Shown one piece after another: positions 16,831 through 32,599 of a stretch of 64,000 nucleotides of DNA. The notes under the pieces are model-generated. The model made no database searches. It saw nothing but the letters and a program-made list of their open reading frames with translations, and was not told the origin of the DNA. The translations under genes were made by a program, and so were the position numbers. The DNA is from Eledone cirrhosa. Its lineage: Eukaryota. Position 1 is the stretch's first letter. Every line of letters starts with the position of its first letter. Location of the stretch: the NCBI GenBank assembly GCA_964016885.1, contig OZ024741.1:15686001-15750000 (forward strand), in the 5' to 3' direction.

Positions 16831-19800
16831 CACTACAGTAACACTAACAATAACACCAAATACCACAACAGTAACACTAACAATAACACCAAATACCACA
16901 ACAGTAACACTAACAATAACACCAAATACCACAACAGTAACACTAACAATAACACCAAATACCACAACAGTAATACTAACAATAACACCAAATACCACAA
17001 CAGTAATACTAACAATAACACCAAATACCACAACAGTAACACTAACAATAACACCAAATACCACAACAGTAACACTAAAACTAACACCAAATACGACAAC
17101 AGTAGCACTAACAATAACACCAAATACCACAACAGTAACACTAACCATAACACCAAATACCACAACAGTAACACTATCAATAACCCCAAATACCACAACA
17201 GTAACACTAACAATAACACCAAATACCACAACAGTAACACTAACAATAACACCAAATACCACAACAGTAACACTAACAATAACACCAAATACCACAACAG
17301 TAATACTAACAATAACACCAAATACCACAACAGTAACACTAAAACTAACACCAAATACCACAACAGTAGCAGTAACAATAACACCAAATACCACAACAGT
17401 AACACTAACAATAACACCAAATACCACAACAGTAACACTAACAATAACACCAAATACCACAACAGTAACACTAACAATAACACCAAATACCACAACAATA
17501 ACACTAACAATAACACCAAGTACCACAACAGTAACACTAACAATAACACCAAATACCACAACGGTAATACTAACAATAACACCAAATACCACAACAGTAA
17601 CACTAACAATAACACCAAATACCACAACAGTAACACTAACAATAACACCAAATACCACAACAGTGTCACTAACAATAACACCAAATACCACAACAGTAAC
17701 ACTAACAATAACACCAAATACCACAACAGTAACACTAACAATAACACCAAATACCACAACAGTAACACTAACAATAACACCAAATACCACAACGGTAACA
17801 CTAACAATAACACCAAATACCACAACAGTAATACTAACAGTAACACCAAATACCACAACAGTAACACTAACAATAACACCAAATACCACAACAGTAACAC
17901 TAACAATAACACCAAATACCACAGCGGTAACACTAACAATAACACCAAATACCACAACAGTAACACTAACAATAACACCAAATACCACTACAGTAACACT
18001 AACAATAACACCAAATACCACAACAGTAACACTAACACTAACACCAAATACCACAACAGTAACACTAACAATAACACCAAATACCACAACAGTAACACTA
18101 ACAATGACACCAAATACCACAACAGTAATACTAACAATAACACCAAATACCACAACAGTAACACTAACAATAACACCAAATACCACAACTGTAATACTAA
18201 CAATTACTCCTAATACCACAACAGTAACACTAACAATAACACCAAATACCACAACTGTAATACTAACAATTACACCAAATACCACAACAGTAACACTAAC
18301 AATAACACCAAATACCACAACAGTAACACTAACAATATCACCAAATACCACTACAGTAACACTAACAATAACACCAAATACCACAACAGTAACACTAACA
18401 ATAACACCAAATGCCACAACAGTGACACTAACAATAACACCAAATACCACTACAGTAACACTAACAATAACACCAAATACCACAACAGTAACACTAACAA
18501 TAACACCAAATACCACAACAGTAATACTAACAATAACACCAAATACCACAACAGCAACACTAAAACTAACACCAAATACGACAACAGTAGCACTAACAAT
18601 AACACCAAATACCACAACAGTAACACTAACCATAACACCAAATACCACAACAGTAACACTAACAATAACACCAAATAACACAACAGTAACACTAACAATA
18701 ACACCAAATACCACAACAGTAACACTAACAATAACACCAAATACCACAACAGTAACACTAACAATAACACCAAATACCACAACAGTAATACTAACAATAA
18801 CACCAAATACCACAACAGTGACACTAAAACTAACACCAAATACCACAGCAGTAGCACTAACAATAACACCAAATACCACAACAGTAACACTAACCATAAC
18901 ACCAAATACCACAACAGTAACACTAACAATAACATCAAATACCACAACAGTAACACTAACAATAACACCAAATACCACAACAGTAACACTAACAATAACA
19001 CCAAATACCACAACAGTAACACTAACAATAACACCAAATACCACAACAGTAATACTAACAATAACACCAAATACCACAACAGTAATACTAACAATAACAC
19101 CAAATACCACAACAGTAACACTAACAATAACACCAAATACCACAACAGTTACACTAACAATAACACCAAATACCACAACAGTAACACTAACAATAACACC
19201 AAATACCACAACAGTAACACTAACAATATCACCAAATACCACAACAGTAACACTAACAATAACACCAAATACCACAACAGTAGCACTAACAATAACACCA
19301 AATACCACAACAGTAACACTAACAATAACACCAAATACCACAACAGTAACACTAACTATAACACCAAATACCACAACAGTAACACTAACAATATCACCAA
19401 ATACCACAACAGTAACACTAACAATAACACCAAATACCACAACAGTAACACTAACAATAACACCAAATACCACAACAGTAACACTAACAATAACACCAAA
19501 TACCACAACAGTAACACTAACAATAACACCAAATACCACAACAGTAACACTAACAATAACACCAAATACCACAACAGTGACACTAACAATAACACCAAAT
19601 ACCACAACAGTAGCACTAACAATATCACCAAATACCACTACAGTAACACTAACAATAACACCAAATAGCACAACAGTAACACTAACAAAAACACCAAATA
19701 CCACAACAGTAACACTAACAATAACACCAAATACCACAACAGTAACACTAACAATATCACCAAATACCACTACAGTAACACTAACAATAACACCAAATAC

Positions 19801-20600
19801 CACAACAGTAACACTAACAATAACACCAAATGCCACAACAGTGACACTAACAATAACACCAAATACCACTACAGTAACACTAACAATAACACCAAATACC
19901 ACAACAGTAACACTAACAATAACACCAAATACCACAACAGTAATACTAACAATAACACCAAATACCACAACAGCAACACTAAAACTAACACCAAATACGA
20001 CAACATTAGCAGAACAATAAAACCAAATACCACAACAGTAACACTAACCATAACACCAAATACCACAACAGTAACACTAACAATAACACCAAATAACACA
20101 ACAGTAACACTAACAATAACACCAAATACCACAACAGTAACACTAACAATAACACCAAATACCACAACAGTAACACTAACAATAACACCAAATACCACAA
20201 CAGTAATACTAACAATAACACCAAATACCACAACAGTGACACTAAAACTAACACCAAATACCACAGCAGTAGCACTAACAATAACACCAAATACCACAAC
20301 AGTAACACTAACCATAACACCAAATACCACAACAGTAACACTAACAATAACATCAAATACCACAACAGTAACACTAACAATAACACCAAATACCACAACA
20401 GTAACACTAACAATAACAGCAAATACCACAACAGTAACACTAACAATAACACCAAATACCACAACAGTAATACTAACAATAACACCAAATACCACAACAG
20501 TAATACTAACAATAACACCAAATACCACAACAGTAACACTAACAATAACACCAAATACCACAACAGTTACACTAACAATAACACCAAATACCACAACAGT
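11200..20600. repeat. Block at ~11.2-13.8 kb duplicated at ~18.0-20.6 kb (offset 6,764 = 205 x 33 - 1), each copy with an internal 43-monomer (1,419 bp) repeat
   Basis: TAGC...ACAAAAACA 12902/19666, ATTAGCA 13241/20005. ORF-track starts 11686/13105 and 18450/19869 each differ by 1,419. Confidence 0.9.
15300..18450. repeat. Tandem duplication of a 48-monomer block (1,584 bp)
   Basis: TATCAATAACCCC at 15591/17175. ORF-track ends 16397/17981. Confidence 0.88.
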
Positions 20601-23600
20601 AACACTAACAATAACACCAAATACCACAACAGTAATACTAACAATAACACCAAATACCACAACAGTAATACTAACAATAACACCAAATACCACAACAGTG
20701 ACACTAACAATAACACCAAATACCACAACAGTAACACTAACAATAACACCAAATACCACAACAGTAACACTAACAATAACACCAAATACCACAACAGTAA
20801 TACTAACAATAACACCAAATACCACAACAGTAATACTAACAATAACACCAAATACCAGAACAGTAACACTAACAATAACACCAAATACCACAACAATGAC
20901 ACTAAAACTAACACCAAATACGACAACAGTAGCACTAACAATAACACCAAATACCACAACAGTAATACTAACAATAACACCAAATACCACAACAGTAACA
21001 CTAAAACTAACACCAAATACCACAACAGTAGCACTAACAATAACACCAAATACCACAACAGTAACACTAACCATAACACCAAATACCACAACAGTAACAC
21101 TAACAATAACACCAAATACCACAACAGTAACACTAACAATAACACCAAATACCACAACAGTAACACTAACAATAACACCAAATACCACAACAATAACACT
21201 AACAATAACACCAAGTACCACAACAGTAACACTAACAATAACACCAAATACCACAACAGTAACACTAACAATAACACCAAATACCACAACGGTGATACTA
21301 ACAATAACACCAAATACCACAACAGTAACACTAACAATAACACCAAATACCACAACAGTAACACTAACAATAACACCAAATACCACAACAGTGTCACTAA
21401 CAATAACACCAAATACCACAACAGTAACACTAACAATAACACCAAATACCACAACAGTAACACTAACAATAACACCAAATACCACAACAGTAACACTAAC
21501 AATAACACCAAATACCACAACAGTAACACTAACAATAACACCAAATACCACAACAGTAATACTAACAATAACACCAAATACCACAACAGTAACACTAACA
21601 ATAACACCAAATACCACAATAGTAACACTAACAATGACACCAAATACCACGGCGGTAACACTAACAATAACACCAAATACCACAACAGTAACACTAACAA
21701 TAACACCAAATACCACTACAGTAACACTAACAATAACACCAAATACCACAACAGTAACACTAACACTAACACCAAATACCACAACAGTAACACTAACAAT
21801 AACACCAAATACCACAACAGTAACACTAACAATAACACCAAATACCACAACAGTAATACTAACAATAACACCAAATACCACAACAGTAACACTAACAATA
21901 ACACCAAATACCACAACTGTAATACTAACAATTACACCAAATACCACAACAGTAACACTAACAATAACACCGAATACCACAACTGTAATACTAACAATTA
22001 CACCAAATACCACAACAGTAACACTAACAATAACACCAAATACCACTACAGTAACACTAACAATAACACCAAATACCACAACAGTAACACTAACAATAAC
22101 ACCAAATACCACAACAGTAACACTAACAATATCACCAAATACCACAACAGTAACACTAACAATAACACCAAATACCACAACAGTAGCACTAACAATAACA
22201 CCAAATACCACAACAGTAACACTAACAATAACACCAAATACCACAACAGTAACACTAACTATAACACCAAATACCACAACAGTAACACTAACAATATCAC
22301 CAAATACCACAACAGTAACACTAACAATAACACCAAATACCACAACAGTAACACTAACAATAACACCAAATACCACAACAGTGACACTAACAATAACACC
22401 AAATACCACAACATAACACTAACAATAACACCAAATACCACAACAGTAACACTAACAATAACACCAAATACCACAACAGTAACACTAACAATAACACCAA
22501 ATACCACAACAGTAACACTAACAATAACACCAAATACCACAACAGTAACACTAACAATATCACCAAATACCACTACAGTAACACTAACAATAACACCAAA
22601 TACCACAACAGTAACACTAACAATAACACCAAATGCCACAACAGTGACACTAACAATAACACCAAATACCACTACAGTAACACTAACAATAACACCAAAT
22701 ACCACAACAGTAACACTAACAATAACACCAAATACCACAACAGTAATACTAACAATAACATCAAATACCACAACAGTAACACTAAAACTAACACCAAATA
22801 CGACAACAGTAGCACTAACAATAACACCAAATACCACAACAGTAACACTAACCATAACAACAAATACCACAACAGTAACACTAACAATAACACCAAATAA
22901 CACAACAGTAACACTAACAATAACACCAAATACCACAACAGTAACACTAACAATAACACCAAATACCACAACGGTGATACTAACAATAACACCAAATACC
23001 ACAACAGTAACACTAACAATAACACCAAATACCACAACAGTAACACTAACAATAACACCAAATACCACAACAGTAACACTAACAATAACACCAAATGCCA
23101 CAACAGTGACACTAACAATAACACCAAATACCACTACAGTAACACTAACAATAACACCAAATACCACAACAGTAACACTAACAATAACACCAAATACCAC
23201 AACAGTAATACTAACAATAACATCAAATACCACAACAGTAACACTAAAACTAACACCAAATACGACAACAGTAGCACTAACAATAACACCAAATACCACA
23301 ACAGTAACACTAACCATAACAACAAATACCACAACAGTAACACTAACAATATCACCAAATACCACTACAGTAACACTAACAATAACACCAAATACCACAA
23401 CAGTAACACTAACAATAACACCAAATGCCACAACAGTGACACTAACAATAACACCAAATACCACTACAGTAACACTAATAATAACACCAAATACCACAAC
23501 AGTAACACTAACAATAACACCAAATACCACAACAGTAATACTAACAATAACATCAAATACCACAACAGTAACACTAAAACTAACACCAAATACGACAACA

Positions 23601-23889
23601 GTAGCACTAACAATAACACCAAATACCACAACAGTAACACTAACCATAACAACAAATACCACAACAGTAACACTAACAATAACACCAAATAACACAACAG
23701 TAACACTAACAATAACACCAAATACCACAACAGTAACACTAACAATAACACCAAATACCACAACGGTGATACTAACAATAACACCAAATACCACAACAGT
23801 AACACTAACAATAACACCAAATACCACAACAGTAACACTAACAATAACACCAAATACCACAACAGTGTCACTAACAATAACACCAAATA

Positions 23890-26600
23890 CCACAACAGTA
23901 ACACTAACAATAACACCAAATACCACCACAGTAACACTAACAATAACACCAAATACCACAACAGTAACACTAACAATAACACCAAATACCACAACAGTAA
24001 CACTAACAATAACACCAAATACCACAACAGTAATACTAACAATAACACCAAATACCACAACAGTAACACTAACAATAACACCAAATACCACAACAGTAAC
24101 ACTAACAATAACACCAAATACCACAGCGGTAACACTAACAATAACACCAAATACCACAACAGTAACACTAACAATAACACCAAATACCACTACAGTAACA
24201 CTAACAATAACACCAAATACCACAACAGTAACACTAACACTAACACCAAATACCACAACAGTAACACTAACAATAACACCAAATACCACAACAGTAACAC
24301 TAACAATAACACCAAATACCACAACAGTAATACTAACAATAACACCAAATACCACAACAGTAACACTAACAATAACACCAAATACCACAACTGTAATACT
24401 AACAATTACACCAAATACCACAACAGTAACACTAACAATAACACCGAATACCACAACTGTAATACTAACAATTACACCAAATACCACAACAGTAACACTA
24501 ACAATAACACCAAATACCACTACAGTAACACTAACAATAACACCAAATACCACAACAGTAACACTAACAATAACACCAAATACCACAACAGTAACACTAA
24601 CAATATCACCAAATACCACAACAGTAACACTAACAATAACACCAAATACCACAACAGTAGCACTAACAATAACACCAAATACCACAACAGTAACACTAAC
24701 AATAACACCAAATACCACAACAGTAACACTAACTATAACACCAAATACCACAACAGTAACACTAACAATATCACCAAATACCACAACAGTAACACTAACA
24801 ATAACACCAAATACCACAACAGTAACACTAACAATAACACCAAATACCACAACAGTAACACTAACAATAACACCAAATACCACAACAGTAACACTAACAA
24901 TAACACCAAATACCACAACAGTAACACTAACAATAACACCAAATACCACAAAAGTAGCACTAACAATATCACCAAATACCACTACAGTAACACTAACAAT
25001 AACACCAAATACCACAACAGTAACACTAACAATAACACCAAATACCACAACAGTAACACTAACAATAACACCAAATACCACAACAGTAACACTAACAATA
25101 TCACCAAATACCACTACAGTAACACTAACAATAACACCAAATACCACAACAGTAACACTAACAATAACACCAAATGCCACAACAGTGACACTAACAATAA
25201 CACCAAATACCACTACAGTAACACTAACAATAACACCAAATACCACAACAGTAACACTAACAATAACACCAAATACCACCACAGTAACACTAACAATAAC
25301 ACCAAATACCACAACAGTAACACTAACAATAACACCAAATACCACAACAGTAACACTAACAATAACACCAAATACCACAACAGTAATACTAACAATAACA
25401 CCAAATACCACAACAGTAACACTAACAATAACACCAAATACCACAACAGTAACACTAACAATAACACCAAATACCACAGCGGTAACACTAACAATAACAC
25501 CAAATACCACAACAGTAACACTAACAATAACACCAAATACCACTACAGTAATACTAACAATAACACCAAATACCACAACAGTAACACTAACACTAACACC
25601 AAATACCACAACAGTAACACTAACAATAACACCAAATACCACAACAGTAACACTAACAATAACACCAAATACCACAACAGTAATACTAACAATAACACCA
25701 AATACCACAACAGTAACACTAACAATAACACCAAATACCACAACTGTAATACTAACAATTACACCAAATACCACAACATTAACACTAACAATAACACCGA
25801 ATACCACAACTGTAATACTAACAATTACACCAAATACCACAACAGTAACACTAACAATAACACCAAATACCACTACAGTAACACTAACAATAACACCAAA
25901 TACCACAACAGTAACACTAACAATAACACCAAATACCACAACAGTAACACTAACAATATCACCAAATACCACAACAGTAACACTAACAATAACACCAAAT
26001 ACCACAACAGTAGCACTAACAATAACACCAAATACCACAACAGTAACACTAACAATAACACCAAATACCACAACAGTAACACTAACTATAACACCAAATA
26101 CCACAACAGTAACACTAACAATATCACCAAATACCACAACAGTAACACTAACAATAACACCAAATACCACAACAGTAACACTAACAATAACACCAAATAC
26201 CACAACAGTAACACTAACAATAACACCAAATACCACAACAGTAACACTAACAATAACACCAAATACCACAACAGTAACACTAACAATAACACCAAATACC
26301 ACAAAAGTAGCACTAACAATATCACCAAATACCACTACAGTAACACTAACAATAACACCAAATACCACAACAGTAACACTAACAATAACACCAAATACCA
26401 CAACAGTAACACTAACAATAACACCAAATACCACAACAGTAACACTAACAATATCACCAAATACCACTACAGTAACACTAACAATAACACCAAATACCAC
26501 AACAGTAACACTAACAATAACACCAAATGCCACAACAGTGACACTAACAATAACACCAAATACCACTACAGTAACACTAACAATAACACCAAATACCACA
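23890..26600. repeat. Tandem duplication of a 41-monomer block (1,353 bp)
   Basis: TACCACCACA 23921/25274, AAAGTAGCA 24951/26304. ORF-track 24190/25543. Confidence 0.9.
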
Positions 26601-29330
26601 ACAGTAACACTAACAATAACACCAAATACCACAACAGTAATACTAACAATAACATCAAATACCACAACAGTAACACTAAAACTAACACCAAATACGACAA
26701 CAGTAGCACTAACAATAACACCAAATACCACAACAGTAACACTAACCATAACAACAAATACCACAACAGTAACACTAACAATAACACCACATAACACAAC
26801 AGTAACACTAACAATAACACCAAATACCACAACAGTAACACTAACAATAACACCAAATACCACAACAGTAACACTAACAATAACACCAAATACCACAACA
26901 GTAATACTAACAATAACACCAAATACCACAACAGTGACACTAAAACTAACACCAAATACCACAGCAGTAGCACTAACAATAACACCAAATACCACAACAG
27001 TAACACTAACCATAACACCAAATACCACAACAGTAACACTAACAATAACATCAAATACCACAACAGTAACACTAACAATAACACCAAATACCACAACAGT
27101 AAAACTAACAATAACACCAAATACCACAACAGTAACACTAACAATAACACCAAATACCACAACAGTAATACTAACAATAACACCAAATACCACAACAGTA
27201 ATACTAACAATAACACCAAATACCACAACAGTAACACTAACAATAACACCAAATACCACAACAGTAACACTAACAATAACACCAAATACCACAACAGTAA
27301 CACTAACAATAACACCAAATACCACAACAGTAATACTAACAATAACACCAAATACCACAACAGTAATACTAACAATAACACCAAATACCACAACAGTAAC
27401 ACTAACAATAACACCAAATACCACAACAGTAACACTAACAATAACACCAAATACCACAACAGTAACACTAACAATAACACCAAATACCACAACAGTAATA
27501 CTAACAATAACACCAAATACCACAACAGTAATACTAACAATAACACCCAATACCACAACAGTAACACTAACAATAACACCAAATACCACAACAGTAACAC
27601 TAAAACTAACACCAAATACGACAACAGTAGCACTAACAATAACACCAAATACCACAACAGTAACACTAACCATAACACCAAATACCACAACAGTAACACT
27701 AACAATAACCCCAAATACCACAACAGTAACACTAACAATAACACCAAATACCACAACAGTAACACTAACAATAACACCAAATACCACAACAGTAACACTA
27801 ACAATAACACCAAATACCACAAAAGTAGCACTAACAATATCACCAAATACCACTACAGTAACACTAACAATAACACCAAATACCACAACAGTAACACTAA
27901 CAATAACACCAAATACCACAACAGTAACACTAACAATAACACCAAATACCACAACAGTAACACTAACAATATCACCAAATACCACTACAGTAACACTAAC
28001 AATAACACCAAATACCACAACAGTAACACTAACAATAACACCAAATGCCACAACAGTGACGCTAACAATAACACCAAATACCACTACAGTAACACTAACA
28101 ATAACACCAAATACCACAACAGTAACACTAACAATAACACCAAATACCACAACAGTAATACTAACAATAACATCAAATACCACAACAGTAACACTAAAAC
28201 TAACACCAAATACGACAACAGTAGCACTAACAATAACACCAAATACCACAACAGTAACACTAACCATAACAACAAATACCACAACAGTAACACTAACAAT
28301 AACACCAAATAACACAACAGTAACACTAACAATAACACCAAATACCACAACAGTAACACTAACAATAACACCAAATACCACAACAGTAACACTAACAATA
28401 ACACCAAATACCACAACAGTAATACTAACAATAACACCAAATACCACAACAGTGACACTAAAACTAACACCAAATACCACAGCAGTAGCATTAACAATAA
28501 CACCAAATACCACAACAGTAACACTAACCATAACACCAAATACCACAACAGTAACACTAACAATAACATCAAATACCACAACAGTAACACTAACAATAAC
28601 ACCAAATACCACAACAGTAAAACTAACAATAACACCAAATACCACAACAGTAACACTAACAATAACACCAAATACCACAACAGTAATACTAACAATAACA
28701 CCAAATACCACAACAGTAATACTAACAATAACACCAAATACCACAACAGTAACACTAACAATAACACCAAATACCACAACAGTAACACTAACAATAACAC
28801 CAAATACCACAACAGTAACACTAACAATAACACCAAATACCACAACAGTAATACTAAAAATAACACCAAATACCACAACAGTAATACTAACAATAACACC
28901 AAATACCACAACAGTAACACTAACAATAACACCAAATACCACAACAGTAACACTAACAATAACACCAAATACCACAACAGTAACACTAACAATAACACCA
29001 AATACCACAACAGTAATACTAACAATAACACCAAATACCACAACAGTAATACTAACAATAACACCCAATACCACAACAGTAACACTAACAATAACACCAA
29101 ATACCACAACAGTAACACTAAAACTAACACCAAATACGACAACAGTAGCACTAACAATAACACCAAATACCACAACAGTAACACTAACCATAACACCAAA
29201 TACCACAACAGTAACACTAACAATAACCCCAAATACCACAACAGTAACACTAACAATAACACCAAATACCACAACAGTAACACTAACAATAACACCAAAT
29301 ACCACAACAGTAACACTAACAATAACACCA
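26200..29330. repeat. Tandem duplication of a 46-monomer block (1,518 bp)
   Basis: AAAGTAGCA 26304/27822, GTAAAACTA 27099/28617, CCCAAT 27546/29064. Confidence 0.9.
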
Positions 29331-32300
29331 AATACCACAACAGTAATACTAACAATAACACCAAATATCACAACAGTAACACTAAAACTAACACCAAATA
29401 CCACAACAGTAGCACTAACAATAACACCAAATACCACAACAGTAACACTAACCATAACACCAAATACCACAACAGTAACACTAACAATAACACCAAATAC
29501 CACAACAGTAACACTAACAATAACACCAAATACCACAACAGTAACACTAACAATAACACCAAATACCACAACAGTAACACTAACAATAACACCAAGTACC
29601 ACAACAGTAACACTAACAATAACACCAAATACCACAACAGTAACACTAACAATAACACCAAATACCACAACGGTAATACTAACAATAACACCAAATACCA
29701 CAACAGTAACACTAACAATAACACCAAATACCACAACAGTAACACTAACAATAACACCAAATACCACAACAGTGTCACTAACAATAACACCAAATACCAC
29801 AACAGTAACACTAACAATAACACCAAGTACCACAACAGTAACACTAACAATAACACCAAATACCACAACAGTAACACTAACAATAACACCAAATACCACA
29901 ACAGTAACACTAACAATAACACCAAATACCACAACAGTAATACTAACAATAACACCAAATACCACAACAGTAACACTAACAATAACACCAAATACCACAA
30001 CAGTAACACTAACAATAACACCAAATACCACAGCGGTAACACTAACAATAACACCAAATACCACAACAGTAACACTAACAATAACACCAAATACCACTAC
30101 AGTAACACTAACAATAACACCAAATACCACAACAGTAACACTAACAATAACACCAAATACCACTACAGTAACAATAACAATAACACCAAATACCACAAGA
30201 GTAACAATAACAATAACACCAAATACCACAACAGTAACACTAACAATAACACCAAATACCACAACAGTAACACTAACAATAACACCAAATACCACAACAG
30301 TAATACTAACATTAACACCAAATACCACTACAGTAACACTAACAATAACACCAAATACCACAACAGTAACACTAACAATAACACCAAATACCACAACAGT
30401 AATACTAACAATAACACCAAATACCACTACAGTAACACTAACAATAACACCAAATACCACAACAGTAACACTAACAATGACACCAAATACTACAACAGTA
30501 ACACTAACAATTACACCAAATACCACAACAGTAACACTAACAATAACACCAAATACCACAACAGTAATACTAACAATAACACCAAATACCACTACAGTAA
30601 CACTAACAATAACACCAAATACTACAACAGTAACACTAACAATAACGCCAAATACCACAACAGTAATACTAACAATAACACCAAATACCACTACAGTAAC
30701 ACTAACAATAACACCAAATACCACAACAATAACACTAACAATAACACCAAATACCACAACAGTAACACTAACAATATCACCAAATACCACTACAGTAACA
30801 CTAACAATAACACCAAATACCACAACAGTAACACTAACAATAACACCAAATACCACAACGGTAACACTAACAATAACACCAAATACCACAACAGTAACAC
30901 TAACAATAACACCAAATACCACTACAGTAACACTAACAATAACACAAAATACCACAACAGTAACACTAACAATATCACCAAATACCACTACAGTAACACT
31001 AACAATAACACCAAATACCACTACAGTAACACTAACAATATCACCAAATACCACAACAGTAACACTAACAATAACACCAAATACCACAACAGTAACACTA
31101 ACAATAACACCAAATACCACAACAGTAACACTAACAATAACACCAATTACCACAACAGTAACACTAACAATGACACCAAATACTAGAACAGTAACACTAA
31201 CAATTACACCAAATACCACAACAGTAACACTAACGCTAACACCAAATACCACAACAGTAACACTAACAATAACACCAAATACCACAACAGTAACACTAAC
31301 AATAACACTAAATACCACAACAGTAATACTAACAATAATACCAAATACCACAACAGTAACACTAACAATTACACCAAATACCACAACAGTAACACTAACG
31401 CTAACACCAAATACCACAACAGTAACACTAACAATAACACCAAATACCACAACAGTAACACTAACAATAACACCAAATACCACAACAGTAACACTAACAA
31501 TTACACCAAATACCACAACAGTAACACTAACACTAACACCAAATACCACAACAGTAACACTAACAATAACACCAAATACCACAACAGTAACACTAACAAT
31601 AACACCAAATACCACAACAGTAATACTAACAATAACACCAAATACCACAACAGTAACACTAACAATAACACCAAATACCACAACTGTAATACTAACAATT
31701 ACACCAAATACCACAAAAGTAACACTAACAATAACACCAAATACCACAACAGTAACACTAACAATAACACCAAATACCACTACAGTAACAATAACAATAA
31801 CACCAAATACCACAAGAGTAACAATAACAATAACACCAAATACCACAACAGTAACACTAACAATAACACCAAATACCACAACAGTAACACTAACAATAAC
31901 ACCAAATACCACAACAGTAATACTAACATTAACACCAAATACCACTACAGTAACACTAACAATAACACCAAATACCACAACAGTAACACTAACAATAACA
32001 CCAAATACCACAACAGTAATACTAACAATAACACCAAATACCACTACAGTAACACTAACAATAACCCCAAATACCACAACAGTAACACTAACAATGACAC
32101 CAAATACTACAACAGTAACACTAACAATTACACCAAATACCACAACAGTAACACTAACAATAACACCAAATACCACAACAGTAATACTAACAATAACACC
32201 AAATACCACTACAGTAACACGAACAATAACACCAAATACTACAACAGTAACACTAACAATAACACCAAATACCACAACAGTAATACTAACAATAACACCA

Positions 32301-32599
32301 AATACCACTACAGTAACACTAACAATAACACCAAATACCACAACAATAACACTAACAATAACACCAAGTACCACAACAGTAACACTAACAATAACACCAA
32401 GTACCACAACAGTAACACTAACAATAACACCAAATACCACAACAGTAACACTAACAATAACACCAAATACCACAACGGTAATACTAACAATAACACCAAA
32501 TACCACAACAGTAACACTAACAATAACACCAAATACCACAACAGTAACACTAACAATAACACCAAATACCACAACAGTGTCACTAACAAGAACACCAAA

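Larger units (their letters stand above)
9019..29900. repeat. Array domain III: marked by CTAAAACTA, AATACG, AATGCC+GTG, ACAGCAGTAGCA and ACATCAAAT variants
   Basis: CTAAAACTA first seen ~9387 and last ~29382. The ordered cassette GCC/GTG, ACT, ATA, AAACTA, ACG/GCA, ACC, AATAAC recurs throughout. Confidence 0.85.
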
